Positions 20,791-36,299 of a DNA stretch of 64,000 nt are shown piece by piece; positions within the stretch are counted from its first letter, which is position 1, and every line of letters starts with the position of its first letter. The notes beneath the pieces are model-generated. The model ran no database searches, was not told the origin of the DNA, and worked only from the letters and a program-made list of their open reading frames with translations. Where the stretch lies: the NCBI RefSeq assembly GCF_009914755.1, contig NC_060927.1; one strand, given 5' to 3'. Made by a program: the position numbers and the translations under genes. The DNA is from the human T2T-CHM13v2.0 reference genome, Homo sapiens.

Positions 20791-23550
20791 TTATATCAAA
20801 AGCTGGTGAAAAGTTATTCTCACGAACACTAAAATATAAGTGGGGGAGGGCAAACCACTAACGGCCATAAAAGCTGCATGGTACCAGCATCTGTGCTGGA
20901 AGAAAAAAAAGCTACAGGCAGTGTCTGATGGTTATGAGAATGAGAGAACTCCCTAATTCATTGGTATCGCTAATATTCACTATGGCACTAACATGAAACA
21001 GGAAGTGAAACCAGAAGGGGTTTTACCCTTTCCTAGAAGAAAAACAGAAGATGCTGGAACCCTGTGAACACTCAAAATGGACATGTTACATTTCCATGAC
21101 AGAGCCCATGATGAGAAGAAACTTTTGGGAATAGAATCAAAACTGAGCAAGATAGGGATAAGAGAGAAGGGAAGATCCACACCAAAATAGGGAAGAAAAT
21201 AGAAGCAGGAAGTCTCAGAATACAAACTGCCATATTTTCAAACACTACACAAAAATATTAGAAGTCCAAGATGTTAGAAAAGCTTTCCTGAACTCTCAAC
21301 CATTATAAAAGTTCAGAAAAACTAATTTTACATAAAAGTGAGCAAAGAAAAGCACTGAGGTCTAACCCCATCAAAAGTTAATATTGAAGGCGGAGCAAAA
21401 TGACTGAACAGAAGCCTCCACCGATTGTCCTCCCAACAGGAACACCAAATTTAAGAACTATCTTTACAAAAAAGCACCTTCATAAGAGCCAAAAATCAGG
21501 TGAGCAATCACAGTAACTGGTTTTAACTTCATATGGCTGAAAGAGGCACCGAAGAGGGTAGGAAAGACATTTATAAATTGCCAATACCATTCTCCCCCAA
21601 TCCCCCGGTAACGGCCAGCCATGTGGCGCAGAGAGAGAATCTGTGCACTTAGGGGAAGTAAAGTGCAGTGACTGTGGAACTTTGCATTGAAAGGCAGTAC
21701 CAACAACACCAGGAAGAACTCAACCCACTGGAGGGATCATTTAGACCAGTCCTAGCCAGAGGGGAATCACCCATCCCAGTAGTCAGAACTTGAGTTTCAG
21801 CAAGCCTTGCCAATGTGAGTTAAAGTGCTCTGGGGTCCTAAATAAACTTGAAACACTATCTAGGCCACAAGGACTGCAACTCCAAGGCAAGTCCTAGTGC
21901 TATGCTGGGCTCAGAGCTAGTGCTCTTGAGGGGCATGTGACCTAGTGAGACAACAGCCAGGGCAACTAAAGGAGCATTTGCATCACCCCTCCCCCAACCC
22001 CAGGCAGCACAGCTTGCAGTTCCAAAAGTAAACCTTTCCTTCTGCTTGAGAAGACAAGAGGGAAGAGTAAAGAGGACTTTGTCTTGCAACTCGGATACCA
22101 GCTCAGTCACAGTAGGATAGGGCACTGAGCAGAGTTATGAGGCCCCCATTCCAGACCCTAGCTCCCAAACAACATTTCTAGACACATCCTTGGCCAGAAA
22201 GGAGCCCACTGCCTTGGAGGGAAGGACCCAGTCCTGGCAGGATTTATCATCTGCTGATTAAAGAGCCCTTGGGCACTGAATAATCAGCAGCAGGAACCAG
22301 GTAGTATATGCCATGGGCATTGGGTGAGACTCAGACATGCTGGCTTCAGCTGTGATCCAGCACATTCACAGCTGTGGTGGCTATGAGGACAGACCCCTTC
22401 TGCTTGAGAAAAGTAGACGGAAGAGTAAAGAAGACTTTCTTGAGCTTAGATACCAACTTGGCCCAACTGGGGAAGAGCATTAAGAAAGCTCTTGGGGTTC
22501 CCAATTCCAGGCTTTGGCTCTTAGCTTCTCTGGACCTACTCTGGGCCAGAGGAGAAGCCACTGCCCTGAAAGGTGAGTCCCAGGCCTGGTAGCATTCACC
22601 AGCTGACTAAAGAGCCTTGGGCCTTAAGTGAACCTAGGCGGTACCCTGGCAGTACTCCCCATGGGTCTGTGGTGGCGGTAGACAAGTGGAGCCTTCTCTG
22701 CCTGGGGAAAGGGGAGGGAAAAATGGGAAGAACCTTTTCTCATGGTTGTGGCACCAGCTCAGCCTCAGTAGAATAGAGCACCAGGTAGGTTTCCAAGGAT
22801 TCTGATTCCAGGCCCTGGCCAGACCAAGTACAGTCCCAGTAGGGCCGGCCACAGGGATGCCTGTGTCACCCCTCCCCCAATTCCAGGCAGCTCAGCACAG
22901 AGAGACTCCATTTGTTTCAGAGAAAGCAAGGGAAGACAAGAGTCTCTGCCTGGTAATCCACAGAATTATTCCAGATCTTGTCCAAGACCAGCAAGGTGGC
23001 AACTCTGTAAGTCTGCAAAAACCACAGCATTACTGAGCTTGGGGTATCCTGTAACTCAGATATATAGCTGCAGTGACCAAAAACTGAGATCACAACACTC
23101 AAGTCACTGGAAAGTCTTCCCAAGAAGGATGGGTACAAACAAGCCCAGACTACAAAGACTACAATAAATACCTAATTCTTCAATGCCCAGACACCAACAA
23201 ACATCTACAAGTATCAAGCCCATCCAGGAGAACATGACCTCACCAAACTAAATAAGACACAAGGGACCAATCCCAGACAGACAGAGATATGTGACCTTTC
23301 AGATAGAATTCAAAATAGCTGTTTTGAGGAAACTCAAAGAAATTCAAGATGACACAGATAAGGAATTCAGGATCCTATTAGACAAATTTAACAAAGAAAC
23401 TGAAATAATTTTTTAAAGTCAAGCAGAAATTCTGAGTGTGAGAAATGCAACTGACATAATGAAGAATGCATCAGAGCCTCTTCATAGCATAATTGATCAA
23501 GCAGAAGAATCAGTGAGCCTGAACACAGGCTATTTGAAAATACACGGTCA

Positions 23551-23941
<391 letters not shown>

Positions 23942-24000
23942 CTAAGAGTTATTGGCCTTAAAGAGGAAGTAGAAAGAGATAGGGGTAGAAAGTTTATTCA

Positions 24001-24317
24001 GGCCGGGCGCAGTGGCTCATGCCTGTAATCTCAGCACTTTGAGAGGTGAAGGTGGGTGGATCACCTGTAGTCAGGAGTTCAAGACCAGCCTGGCCAACGT
24101 GGTGAAACCCTGTCTCTACTAAAAATACAAAATTAGCCAGGTGCAGTGGCACACGCATGTAATCCCAGGTATGCGGGAGACTGAGGCACAAGAATCGCCT
24201 GAACCTGGGAGGTAAAGGTTGCAGTGACCCGAGATCGCACCTGAGTCAGGGTGACAAGAGTGAAACTTGTCTCAAAAAAAAAAAAAAAAAAAAGAATAAG
24301 AAAAGAAAAAGGAAAGA
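24001..24317 (+). mobile_element. Alu (AluS type)
   Basis: Full Alu; TSD AGAAAGTKTATTCA. Confidence 0.88.
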
Positions 24318-24769
24318 AAGAAAGTGTATTCAGAGGGATAACAGAGAACTTCCTAAACCCACAGAAAGATATCAATATTCAAGTACAAGAAAGCTGTAGA
24401 AAACTAAGCCGATTTAACCCAAGGAGACTACCTCAAGGCATTAATAAGCTCCCAAGGTCAAGAAAAAAAAAATTCTGTAAGCAGAAAGAGAAAAGAAACA
24501 AATACTATACAATGGAGCTCCGTATAGGCCAAGAGTGGCATGACATATTTAAAATGCTGAAGCAAAAAAAACTTTTACCCTAGAATACGTCAAACATGAA
24601 TGAGCAATAAGTTTGTTCCCAGACAAACAAAAGCTGAGGAATTTCATCAACACCAGACCTGGCCTACAAGAAATGCTAAAGGGAGTTTTTTTAATCTGAA
24701 AGAAAACGACGTTAATGAGCAGAAATTATTTGAAGGTACAAAACTCACGGGTAATCAAAAGTACACAGA

Positions 24770-25375
<606 letters not shown>

Positions 25376-28300
25376 AGATAATGGATTATAAGATAGTATT
25401 TTCAAGCCTCATGGTGACCTTACATCCAAAAACATACAATGGATACACAAAAAATAAGAAGCAAGAAATTAAAACATACCACCTAAGAAAAATCACCTTC
25501 ACTAAAAAAAGATAGGAAAGAAGGAAAAAAGAAGAGAAGACCACAAAACAACCAGAAAACAACAAAATGACAGTAGTAAGTCCCTATTTGTCAATAACAT
25601 TGAACATAAATGGACTAAACTCACAATCAAAACACTAGAGTGGCCGAACTGAAATACACTTCACCTATAAAGACACATATAGACTGAAAATTAAGAAATG
25701 GAAAAGGATATTACATGCCAATGAATCCAGTATAGCAGGAGTAGCTATACTTATATCAGACAAAAGAGATTTTAAGACAAAAACTGTAAGAAGAGACAAA
25801 CAAGGTCATTATATAATGATAAACAGGTCAATTCAGCAAGAGTATGTAACAATTGTAAATATTATACACCCAACATTGGAGTACCCTGATATATAAAGCA
25901 AATATTATTAGAGCTCGAGAGATAAATCTCAATTCAATAATAGTTGAAGACTTCAACACCACCCTTTCATCAGACAGATCATCCAGACATAAAATCAACA
26001 AAGAATCATCTGACTTAATCTGCACTATAGAACAAATGGACCTAACAGATATTTACAGACGTTTCATCCAATGGCTGAAGAATACACATTCTTCTCCTCA
26101 GCACATGGATCATTCCCAAGGATGGACCATATGTTAGGCCACAAAACAAGTGTTAAAACATTAAAAACAAACTGGAATAATATAAAGTATCTTCTCTGAC
26201 CACAATGGAATAAAACTAGAAATCAGTTAACAGGAGGAATTTTGGAAACTATTCAAACATATGAAAATTAATCAATACCTCCTGAATCATCAGTGGGTCA
26301 ATGAAGAGATTAAGAAGGAAACTGAAAAATGTCTTGAAACAAATGATAATGGAAACAGAACATACCAAAACCTATGGGATACAGTGAAAACAGTACTGAG
26401 AGAAATTTATAGCTTTAAGTGCCTACATGAAAAGAAAAACTTCAAATAAACAACCTAATGAACTAGAACTAGAAAAGCAGAGCAAACCAAACTGAAAGTA
26501 GAAGAAATAATAAAGATTACAGCAGAAATAATGAAATTGAAACAAATAAGACATAAGAACAATAAAACAAAAAGTTGGTTTTTTGAAAAGATGTAGAAAA
26601 CTGATAAACCCTTAGCCAGACTAATGAAGAAAAAAGAGAAAAGATTCAAAATCAGAGATGAAAAAGGAGACATTACAACCAATACTGCAGAAATACAAAG
26701 GATCATTAGAGCCTACTAGGAGCAACTATATACCAATAAACTAGAAAATCTAGAAGAAATGGATAAATTCCTAGACACAAACAACCTACTAAGATTGAAC
26801 CATAAAGAAATCCAAAACCTGAACAGACCAATAACAACTAACAACATTGAAGCTATAATAAAAAGTCCTCCAGCAAAGAAAAGCCTCGGACTCCATGGCT
26901 TCACTGCTGAATTCTACCAAACATTTAAAGAATTAACACCAACCCTACTCAAACTATTCTGAAGAATGGAAGAGGAGGGAATACATCCAAACTCATTCTA
27001 TGAGGCCAGTATTACCCTGATACCAAAACCAGACAAAGACATATCAAAAAAAAAAAAAAAAAAGAGAGAGAGAGAGAAAAACCTACAGGCCAATATCCCT
27101 GATTAATATTGATGCAAAAATCTTCAACAAAATACTAGCAAACCAAATTCAACAACACATTAAAAAGATCATTCATCATCAACAAGTGGGATTTATCCCA
27201 GGGATGAAAGGATGATTCAACATATGCAAATCAATCAATGTGATACATCATTATCAACAGACTGAAAGACAAAAACCATATGATCGTTTCAACTGATACT
27301 GAAAAAGCACTTGATAAAATTCAACATTCCTTCATGATTTAAAAAAAAAACCCTAAAAAAACTAGGTATAAAAGGAACATACCTCCACATAATAAAAGCC
27401 ATGTATGACAGACCCACAGGCAGTATCACACTGAATCGGGAAAAACTGAAAGCCTTTCCTCTAAGATCTAGAACAGAACAAGGATAAAAAATTGACAAAC
27501 CTTTAGCCAGACTATGAAGGAAGAAAGGAAAAAAGATTCAAATAAAATCAGAGATGAAAAAGGACTGGAATTGCTGTAGTTAGGACTAGAATTGCTCTAG
27601 CTAGAGATGAAAAAGGACTGGAATTGCTCTAGCTAGCAGTTAGACATGAGAAAGGAAAAAAAGGCCATCAAAATTTGAAATCAAATTATCCTTGTTTGCA
27701 GGTGATATGATCTTATATTTGGAAAAACCTGAAGACTCCACCAAAAAGCTATTTGAACTGGTAAACAAATTCAGTAAAGCTGCAAGACACAAAATCAGCT
27801 TAGAAAAATCAGTAGCATTTCTATAAACCAACAAGGACAATCTGAAAAAGAAATCAAAACAGTAATCCCATTTACAATAGCCACAAAGAAAATTAAACAC
27901 CTAGGAATTAACTGAACCAATGAAGTAAAACATCTCTACAATGAAAATTATAAAATACTGATGACAGAAATTGAAGAGGCCACAAAAAAATGAAAAGATA
28001 TTCCATGTTCATAGATTGAAACAATCAATATTGTTAAAATATCTATATTACTCAAAGCAATCTACAGATTCAATGCAAATGCCTAGCAAAATACCAATGA
28101 CATTCTTCACAGAAATAGACAAAATAATCCTAAAATTTAAAGCACAAAAGACCCAGAATAGCCAAAGCTATCCTGAGCAAAAAGAATAAAACTGGAGGAA
28201 TCACATTAACTGACTTCAAATTATATTGCAGAGCTATATTAACTAAAACAGCATACTACTGCCACCAAAACAGACACATAGACCAATGGAACAGAACAGA

Positions 28301-28714
28301 AAACCCAGAAACAAATCCACATACTGACAGTGAACTCATTATTGACAAAGGTGCCAAGAACATACATTGGGGAAAGAAAAGTCTCTTCAATGAATGGTGC
28401 TGGGATATCCATATGCAGAAGAATGGAACTAGACCCCTATCTCTCACCATATACAAAAATCAAATAAAAATGAATCAAGACTTAAATCTAAGCCCTCAAA
28501 CTATGAAAGTACTACAAAAAAATTGGGGAAACTCTCCAGGACATTGGATTGGGCAAAGATTTCTTGAGTAATATACCACAAGCACAGGCAACCAAAGCAA
28601 AAATAGACAGGTGGGGTCACATTGAGTTAAAAAGCTTCTGCACGGCAAAGGAAACAACAAAGTGAAGAGACAACCCACAGAATGGGAGAAAATATTTGTA
28701 AACTACCCATCTGA

Positions 28715-28939
<225 letters not shown>

Positions 28940-30019
28940 TAAAGAGATATCTGCACTCTCATGTTTACTGCAGCATTATTCACAAAAGCCAAGATTTGGA
29001 AGCAACCCAAGTGTCCACTGACAGACAAATGGATAAAGAAAATCTGGTACATATACATAATGGAGTACTACTCAGCCATAAAAAAAGAATGAGCTCCTGT
29101 CATTTGCAACAACATGGATGGAACTGGAAGTCATTATTTTAAGTGAAATAAGCCAGGCACAGAAAGACAAACATCACATGTTCTCATTTATTTGTGGGAT
29201 CCAAAAATCAAAACAATTGAACTCATGGAGACACAGAGTAGAAGGATGGTTACCAAAGGCTGGGAAGAGTAACAGGTGGGCTGAAAGGAAGAGGGGATGG
29301 TCAATGGGTACAAAAAAATAGAAAAAAAGAATAAGATCTAATATTTGCTAGCACAATGGGTTGACTATATTCAATAATAATATAATTGCACACTTTTAAG
29401 TAACTAAAAGAGAATAATTGGATTGTTTCTAACACAAAGGATAAATGCTTAAGATGGTGGCTACCTCATTTACCCTGATATGATTATTATATATTATATG
29501 GTGTATCAAAATATCCCATGTAACCCATAAACATACACATCTGTGCACCCATGAAATTAAAAAAATTTTAAATTGTAAAAGTTCATATTAAAAAAAATCT
29601 CTACAGACAAGAAAAATATACTAGAAAGACGTGCTCACAAAACAGATAGGAACTATAACCTCTATATTAAAACAAACTAAAATACATGTAAAACTCTGTA
29701 AGACATAAACAACATAATTAGAAATAAAACTTGGAAATGAGCTGATAGAATCTAGAAATTAGTAACTTTTAAAAACTAATTATTTCTGAAATGAAGATTA
29801 AAGAAGGAAAATGAATGAGTAAAGACTACAGACAATGCCTTAAGAGAAATAGAGATTAAAAGGAAAACAATTTTAAAAATTAAAAAGAAATGAAGAAGAA
29901 ATATGAAAATGACAAAGATAGGCAAAGAAGCTCAAACATACACATAATAGTGGTAATTGAAAAAGAAAACTAAAACAACAGAACCAATTAAAAAAACTAT
30001 AATTCAGGAAACTTTCCTG

Positions 30020-31830
30020 ATTTTAAAATTCATACAGAGCTGCAAAAGATCTATAATAGACAAAACAACTTTGAAAAAGAACAGGCTGGCCATGGTGGCT
30101 CACACCTGTAATCCCAGCACTCTGGGAGGCTGAGGCAGGAGGACAGCTTGAGGCCCAGGAATTCAAGACCAGACTGGGCAACATAGCAAGACCCCATCTC
30201 TACAAAAAAAAAAAAAAAAAAAGATTAGCCAGGCATTGTGGCATGAACCTGTAGTCCTCGCTACTTAGGTGGCTGAGGTGGGAAGACAACTTGAACCCAG
30301 GAGTTTAATCAGTGAGCTATGATTGTGCCACTGCACTCTAGGCTGGGTGACAAAGCAAGACCCTATCTCTAAATTAATAAATGAATGAATGAAAAAGAAG
30401 AACAAAGTTGAAGGACTAATACTATATCATTTCAAGGTTTATAAAGCTATAGTAATCAAGACAATATAGCATTGATATCAAGATAGACAAACAGATTAAT
30501 GAAACTAAATAGATTCCAGAAACAGACTCATACATATATGGACAACTAATTTTCACCAAAGATACGAAGGTAATTTAGCAGGAAAAACGATAGTTTTTTT
30601 TTTTCAATAAATGATGCTAGAACAATGGGATGCCCATGTACAAAAAAAAGAGAAAGAAACAGGACTTTCAGCCATATCTCACACCATATACAAAAAAATT
30701 AAAATGAATGACATAAATCTAAAACTTAAAATCACAACATGTCTAGAAAAACACAGAAAAACTGTATGGCCTTGAGTTAGGCAAACATGTCTATGATATG
30801 ACACCAAAAGCATGATACAATTCAAGAACAAATGGGGCTTCATAAAAATAATGTCTGCTCTTTAAAATATAACATTCTGAGAATGAAAAGAGAAACCACA
30901 TACTCAGAGAAAATAGTCAGGAATCAGAAAAGGTTCATATCCAGAATATACAGGGAACTCTCAAAACTTAGTAAGGAAGTTAACATCAACAAGAAGTAAA
31001 CAACTGAACTTAAAAATGGTCAAAAAATTTCAATAGACATTTCACAAAAGAAGACATACAGATGGCAGCTAGGCACACAAAAAGATGCTAAACATTGTTA
31101 GTCAGGAGGGAAATGCAAATTAAAACACACGATGTGACACCACTACACATATTAGAATGGCTAAGAATGACTAGACCAAGTGTTTTCGAGGATGTGAGGG
31201 AACTAGAACTCTCATATACTGCCGACGGGAATTTAAACTAGTACAACCACTTTGTAAATCACTTTGGCTATTTCTTAAAAGGTTAATAAGCACTTACCAT
31301 AAGACCCAGTCATGCCATTCCTAGAATTTACCCAAGAGAAATGAAAGCATTATGTCCACACAAAGACTGTACACAAATGTTCGTAAGAGCTTTATCTATA
31401 ATAGCCAGAAACTGGAAACAACTCAAATGTCCAGCAGCAGGTGAACAGACACACAAACTGTGGTATACCCATTGGATGGAATACCCCTCAGCAATAAAAA
31501 AGAATATGTGCAACATGGATAAATGTCAAAATAATTACGCTGAAAGCCAGCCATAAAATAGTACATACTATAACATTCCATTTATATAAAACTCTAGAAA
31601 ATGAAAACCAACTGTGGTGATAGAAAGCAGATCAGTGGTTGCTGAGAGAATTGGAGGCTAGACACAGAGACTACTAACGAGAACAAGGGAATTTGGGGGG
31701 ATGATGGATATATTGACAATCCTGATTGGGGTGGTTTCATAGGTGTATATGTAAGTCAAAACTTATACTACATATGTGCAGCTTATTGTATATTAAATAT
31801 ATCAATAAAGCTGTTTTAAAAATAAAGTTT
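30020..31830 (+). mobile_element. Old L1M (MC/MD/ME-type) ORF2 3' part and 3' UTR, containing an AluJ at 30084-30390
   Basis: L1 ORF2 C-terminal remnants (ORF track 31341-31556) and L1M 3' UTR ending AATAAAGCTGTTTTAAAA. Confidence 0.75.
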
Positions 31831-31966
31831 TCCTGAAATTTAAAAAAAGATTTGAAACTACAAATGGAAAGAAAATATGAAGTACCTGAGAATACTGACC
31901 CAAAACAACCAACACAGTGATATATTCTAAAATTATTAGCAGACTTTAATGAAAAAGAAAAAATTT

Positions 31967-32270
31967 GGCTGGGCGTAGTGGCTCATGCCTGTAATCTCAG
32001 CACTTTGGAAGCCTGAGGCAGGTGGATCACTTGAGCCTGGGTTCATGACCAGCCTGGGCAACTTGGCAAAACCCTGTCTCTCAAGAAAAAAAAAAAAAAA
32101 AATTAGCTGGGTGTGGCAGCATACACCTGTAGTCCTAGCTACTCAGGAGGCTGAGGTGGGAGGACTGCTTGAACCCAGGAGGTGGAGGCTGCAGTGAGCC
32201 AAGATCATACCACTGCACTACAGCCAGGGTGACAGAGTAAGACTGTATCTCAAAAAGAAAAAAAGAAAAC
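31967..32270 (+). mobile_element. Alu (AluJ type)
   Basis: Full Alu. Confidence 0.88.
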
Positions 32271-33180
32271 AAATTATTTGGTTATCTACAAGAAAAAAAC
32301 CCACATGACTTATAAGAAGAAGAAAAATTAGATAATAATCTGACTTTGATACCAATACTTTATTCCAGAAGAAAAAGGAGTAATGTATTTAAGAAATTCA
32401 CGGAAAAGAAGTGTGAGCCAAAGACTTTATATCTGCAAAATTGACTTTGAAGTATAAAAAGAATAAACTTTGATCAATATATAAGAACTCAGACAATATT
32501 ACTTCCCGAGGAATCTAACAATGTATTAGCTTCAGGTAGCCAAAATGCCTAGAGAGACCTCAGCATAAACACTGGTGGTAAACATTAAATATATTAATAG
32601 AACTAATAGGCTAAGAGCGAAAAAGCAGAACATGAAATGGCTATATACTCTGACAATGCAGATAGAGCATAACTGTTAAAACAGAGAGAGAAGAAAAAAT
32701 GAGAAGAACATAAGCCAAAAAAAAAAGGTTTAATGTTTTCAGTAATCATATTGATGGTGATTTCAGAAATATAGTTCTGATACTGTCATATGTATAATAC
32801 AGAATAATGAGTAAATATGGAATATTCTATTTTCTCCTATATTCTTGAGAATCATGATTCTCAGTATGGAAAAAAGGAGTTACAGTTGTGATAGAGAAGT
32901 TGTTAAGTAAAAGCTCTGTAATCTCAATCTGAAGACTGGAAGTAGAATACATTAGGTATCTTTTAACATGTGTGTCTATAGACAGATACAGGTATCCTAG
33001 CTCTGTCTACTGAAATGCCTGAAACAGTGACTAACTCAGGATCTTTAGCATTCAGACTGTAACTGAAATATTATTTCCCTCTAAATGAAACCCGGGCATT
33101 TTAAAGAAATGGCTGATTTCATATCTGCGATAGGAATTGTTCAATATATTATATAACAAGGAAGCTATCAAAAACTAGGA

Positions 33181-33430
<250 letters not shown>

Positions 33431-33683
33431 GGGAAGTGATTACTACAAAACTATAAAACCCAGAAGAATGGTGACTAAATGGGAACACAGGAGTTTTGAC
33501 TGGGATAGGGTAATGGAGGGGATCTGGCATACCTGAATGGTATGGTCCTGTAATAATTTATTAAGCTATACATTTGGTATGTGATTTATAACAAAAATTT
33601 CATTTTACGCTAAAAAGATTTTGTTAAATAACAAAAAATAGAAAAGTAAAGGAAATGCTAACCTAACCAAAATAAAGCTGGTA

Positions 33684-34028
33684 CGGGTTGAACGTTCCTA
33701 ATATGAATATTTGAAATCCAAAATGCTCCAAAATCCAAAACTTTTTGAGCACCAACTTGACACCACAAGTAGAAAATTCCACACCTGACCTTATGTGACA
33801 GGTCACAGTCACAACTTCATTTCATGCATAAAACTATTAAAAATGTATAAAATTAGCTTCAGGCTGTGTGTATAAGCTGTATATGAAACAATAAATGAAT
33901 TTTGTGTTTAGAGTTACCCAACTCTAAACAAGATACCTCATGTATATACAAATATTCCAATTTTTTTTTTTAATCTAAAAGTCCAAAACATAGTTCCAAG
34001 CATTGCAGGTAAGGGATACTCAACCTGC
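33684..34028. mobile_element. Tigger4b-like DNA transposon
   Basis: Terminal inverted repeats CGGGTTGAAC...GATACTCAACCTG. Confidence 0.7.
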
Positions 34029-34029
34029 A

Positions 34030-34400
34030 GAGCTCTGTAGCCAGACTGCCTGGGTTCAAATCATGGATTCTGCCACACAGCCAGGAGAGTACAGTACTAA
34101 TCTCTGTGTGCTTCAATTTCCTCATCATAAAATAAGGATAATAAAAGTACTCAGCTCACGAGTTAAAGATTAGAAGAGTTAATATAGAAAGAACATAAAG
34201 CATTGTCTGGCACACAGCAGGATGGAGACTGTGATTAGAGTTGGTGATCAGCTTTCTGTGTTATCTTAAGTAGGTATTTAACCTCTCTGAGCTTCAGCTT
34301 CTTTGCTGAGTTGTAAAATATCTACCTGATAGGATTATCAGGAAGTCAAAAGGAAATATATGTAATGAACCTAGTATAGTACTCAATAAATATTAGATTT
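34030..34400 (+). mobile_element. MIR fragments
   Basis: CCAGACTGCCTGGGTTCAAATC and AACCTCTCTGAGCTTCAG MIR core motifs. Confidence 0.6.
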
Positions 34401-34449
34401 TTTTCCATGGCCTCCCAACATCTGGAGTCATCCGTTACATTAGACATAC

Positions 34450-34552
34450 CTCAGTCATAGCATATTACTCTTGCACTTTACACCTGGTCATTCAGGTTGA
34501 TCTCAATGAAATGATCACCCAACGAGTCTCATGTCTGAAACTGGATCTTCAT
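34450..34552 (-). other. CEP70: CEP70 5' UTR exon 2 (103 bp, non-coding)
   Basis: Strong pyrimidine tract plus CCTAG| acceptor and GAG|GTATGT donor, in unique sequence between exons 1 and 3. Confidence 0.75.
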
Positions 34553-35668
34553 CTAGGTTTCAAAAAGATAAAAAGAACAAAATCTTGAAATGTTCAACCT
34601 CCTAGTAAGAATGGTCTTGTGTTACTCCCAGAGCAGGCATCCAAGGTACTGGTAATCACAGATAAAGCAGGCACAACTGAAATAACTGCTAATGGCCTTC
34701 CCAGCTCACCATCATATGCCTCTTCCCTTCTCTTCTCTCTCCTTCTTATCTTTCCTCTCCCTACCTTGTTAAGACATTTAGCTGGGTATCCAAATCTATC
34801 ATCATCTATCATCAATTCTGACTTCTGGCTCCACAGGTAGGATATTCTCATTTGCAAGGATACTAAAATGAAGCATCCTCAGACAAACTACCACTGATCA
34901 CAAAAGCAAACACAGGAACAAAACTACTCCTCATTTGCACCTGTGACCAAGCCCTCCTTTTCAGAGGACCATTCTGTGAAATAAACGGGCCAATAGTTTG
35001 CAGCAGCCTTTTCCCCACTACAGGCTGTGACAGGACAAAGGTCTGGAACTTTAAAGTCACAGGAAGAGACCAAATGCTTTCTAGGGCCAAAACAGAAGCT
35101 ACAGCTTTAATTACTGTCATAACACACTTAAAATAAGATTGTTGGGGGTAGGAGTCGGGGGGTAGGAGTCGGAGGGTAGGAGTTGATTTGTACATGGCAT
35201 AGTAAGCCAAGCATAGAAAAGCAAAAACATAATTGCATCTTCTGGCACTTTCTAGGTTTCCCGAGTCTTTCAGCCAAATTGCCCTTTATAGGTCTGAAGC
35301 CCCTTGTAACATGCTCCATATCTTAAAATTTAATTATTTTTTTCACCATTTGGGGTGGGGGAGGGGAGCTGACAATAAACCATGGCCAATAACTGTTCCT
35401 TCTCAACTGAATCACACCAAAATCTGTAAGCATCTTCAAAAGTATATACTTCAAATTACTGCAATAAATGAACATGTAACCCTTTCGAAGTCTCTATTCC
35501 TTATTAAATGCAAAAGCTCTATTCTAAAAATATTGCAACTTGCTGTTTAATGTTCCTAAGAAAGAGCTGAACTTACCCCAAATAGGAAAGAGTTAAAATG
35601 GAATGTCATCTCAACCAAATCATTCTGTCTCAGGAGAGGTGACATGAAGGGGCAGAACCTTGCTTTGA

Positions 35669-36117
<449 letters not shown>

Positions 36118-36299
36118 CTGTTTAATATCATTGATTGAAAAACAAAGTGGCAGTAAAAAAGGAAACTCTGATTGGTCTCTCTGTTACAGGTGACTTAGCC
36201 TTCTGGCATTTTTCACCTTGAAAAACTCCTATTAGGCCCTGTATAAAGTCAGAGGTCTCCTGAATCCGGAATGAGGTTAATAAACTGGAGAAAGAGATA

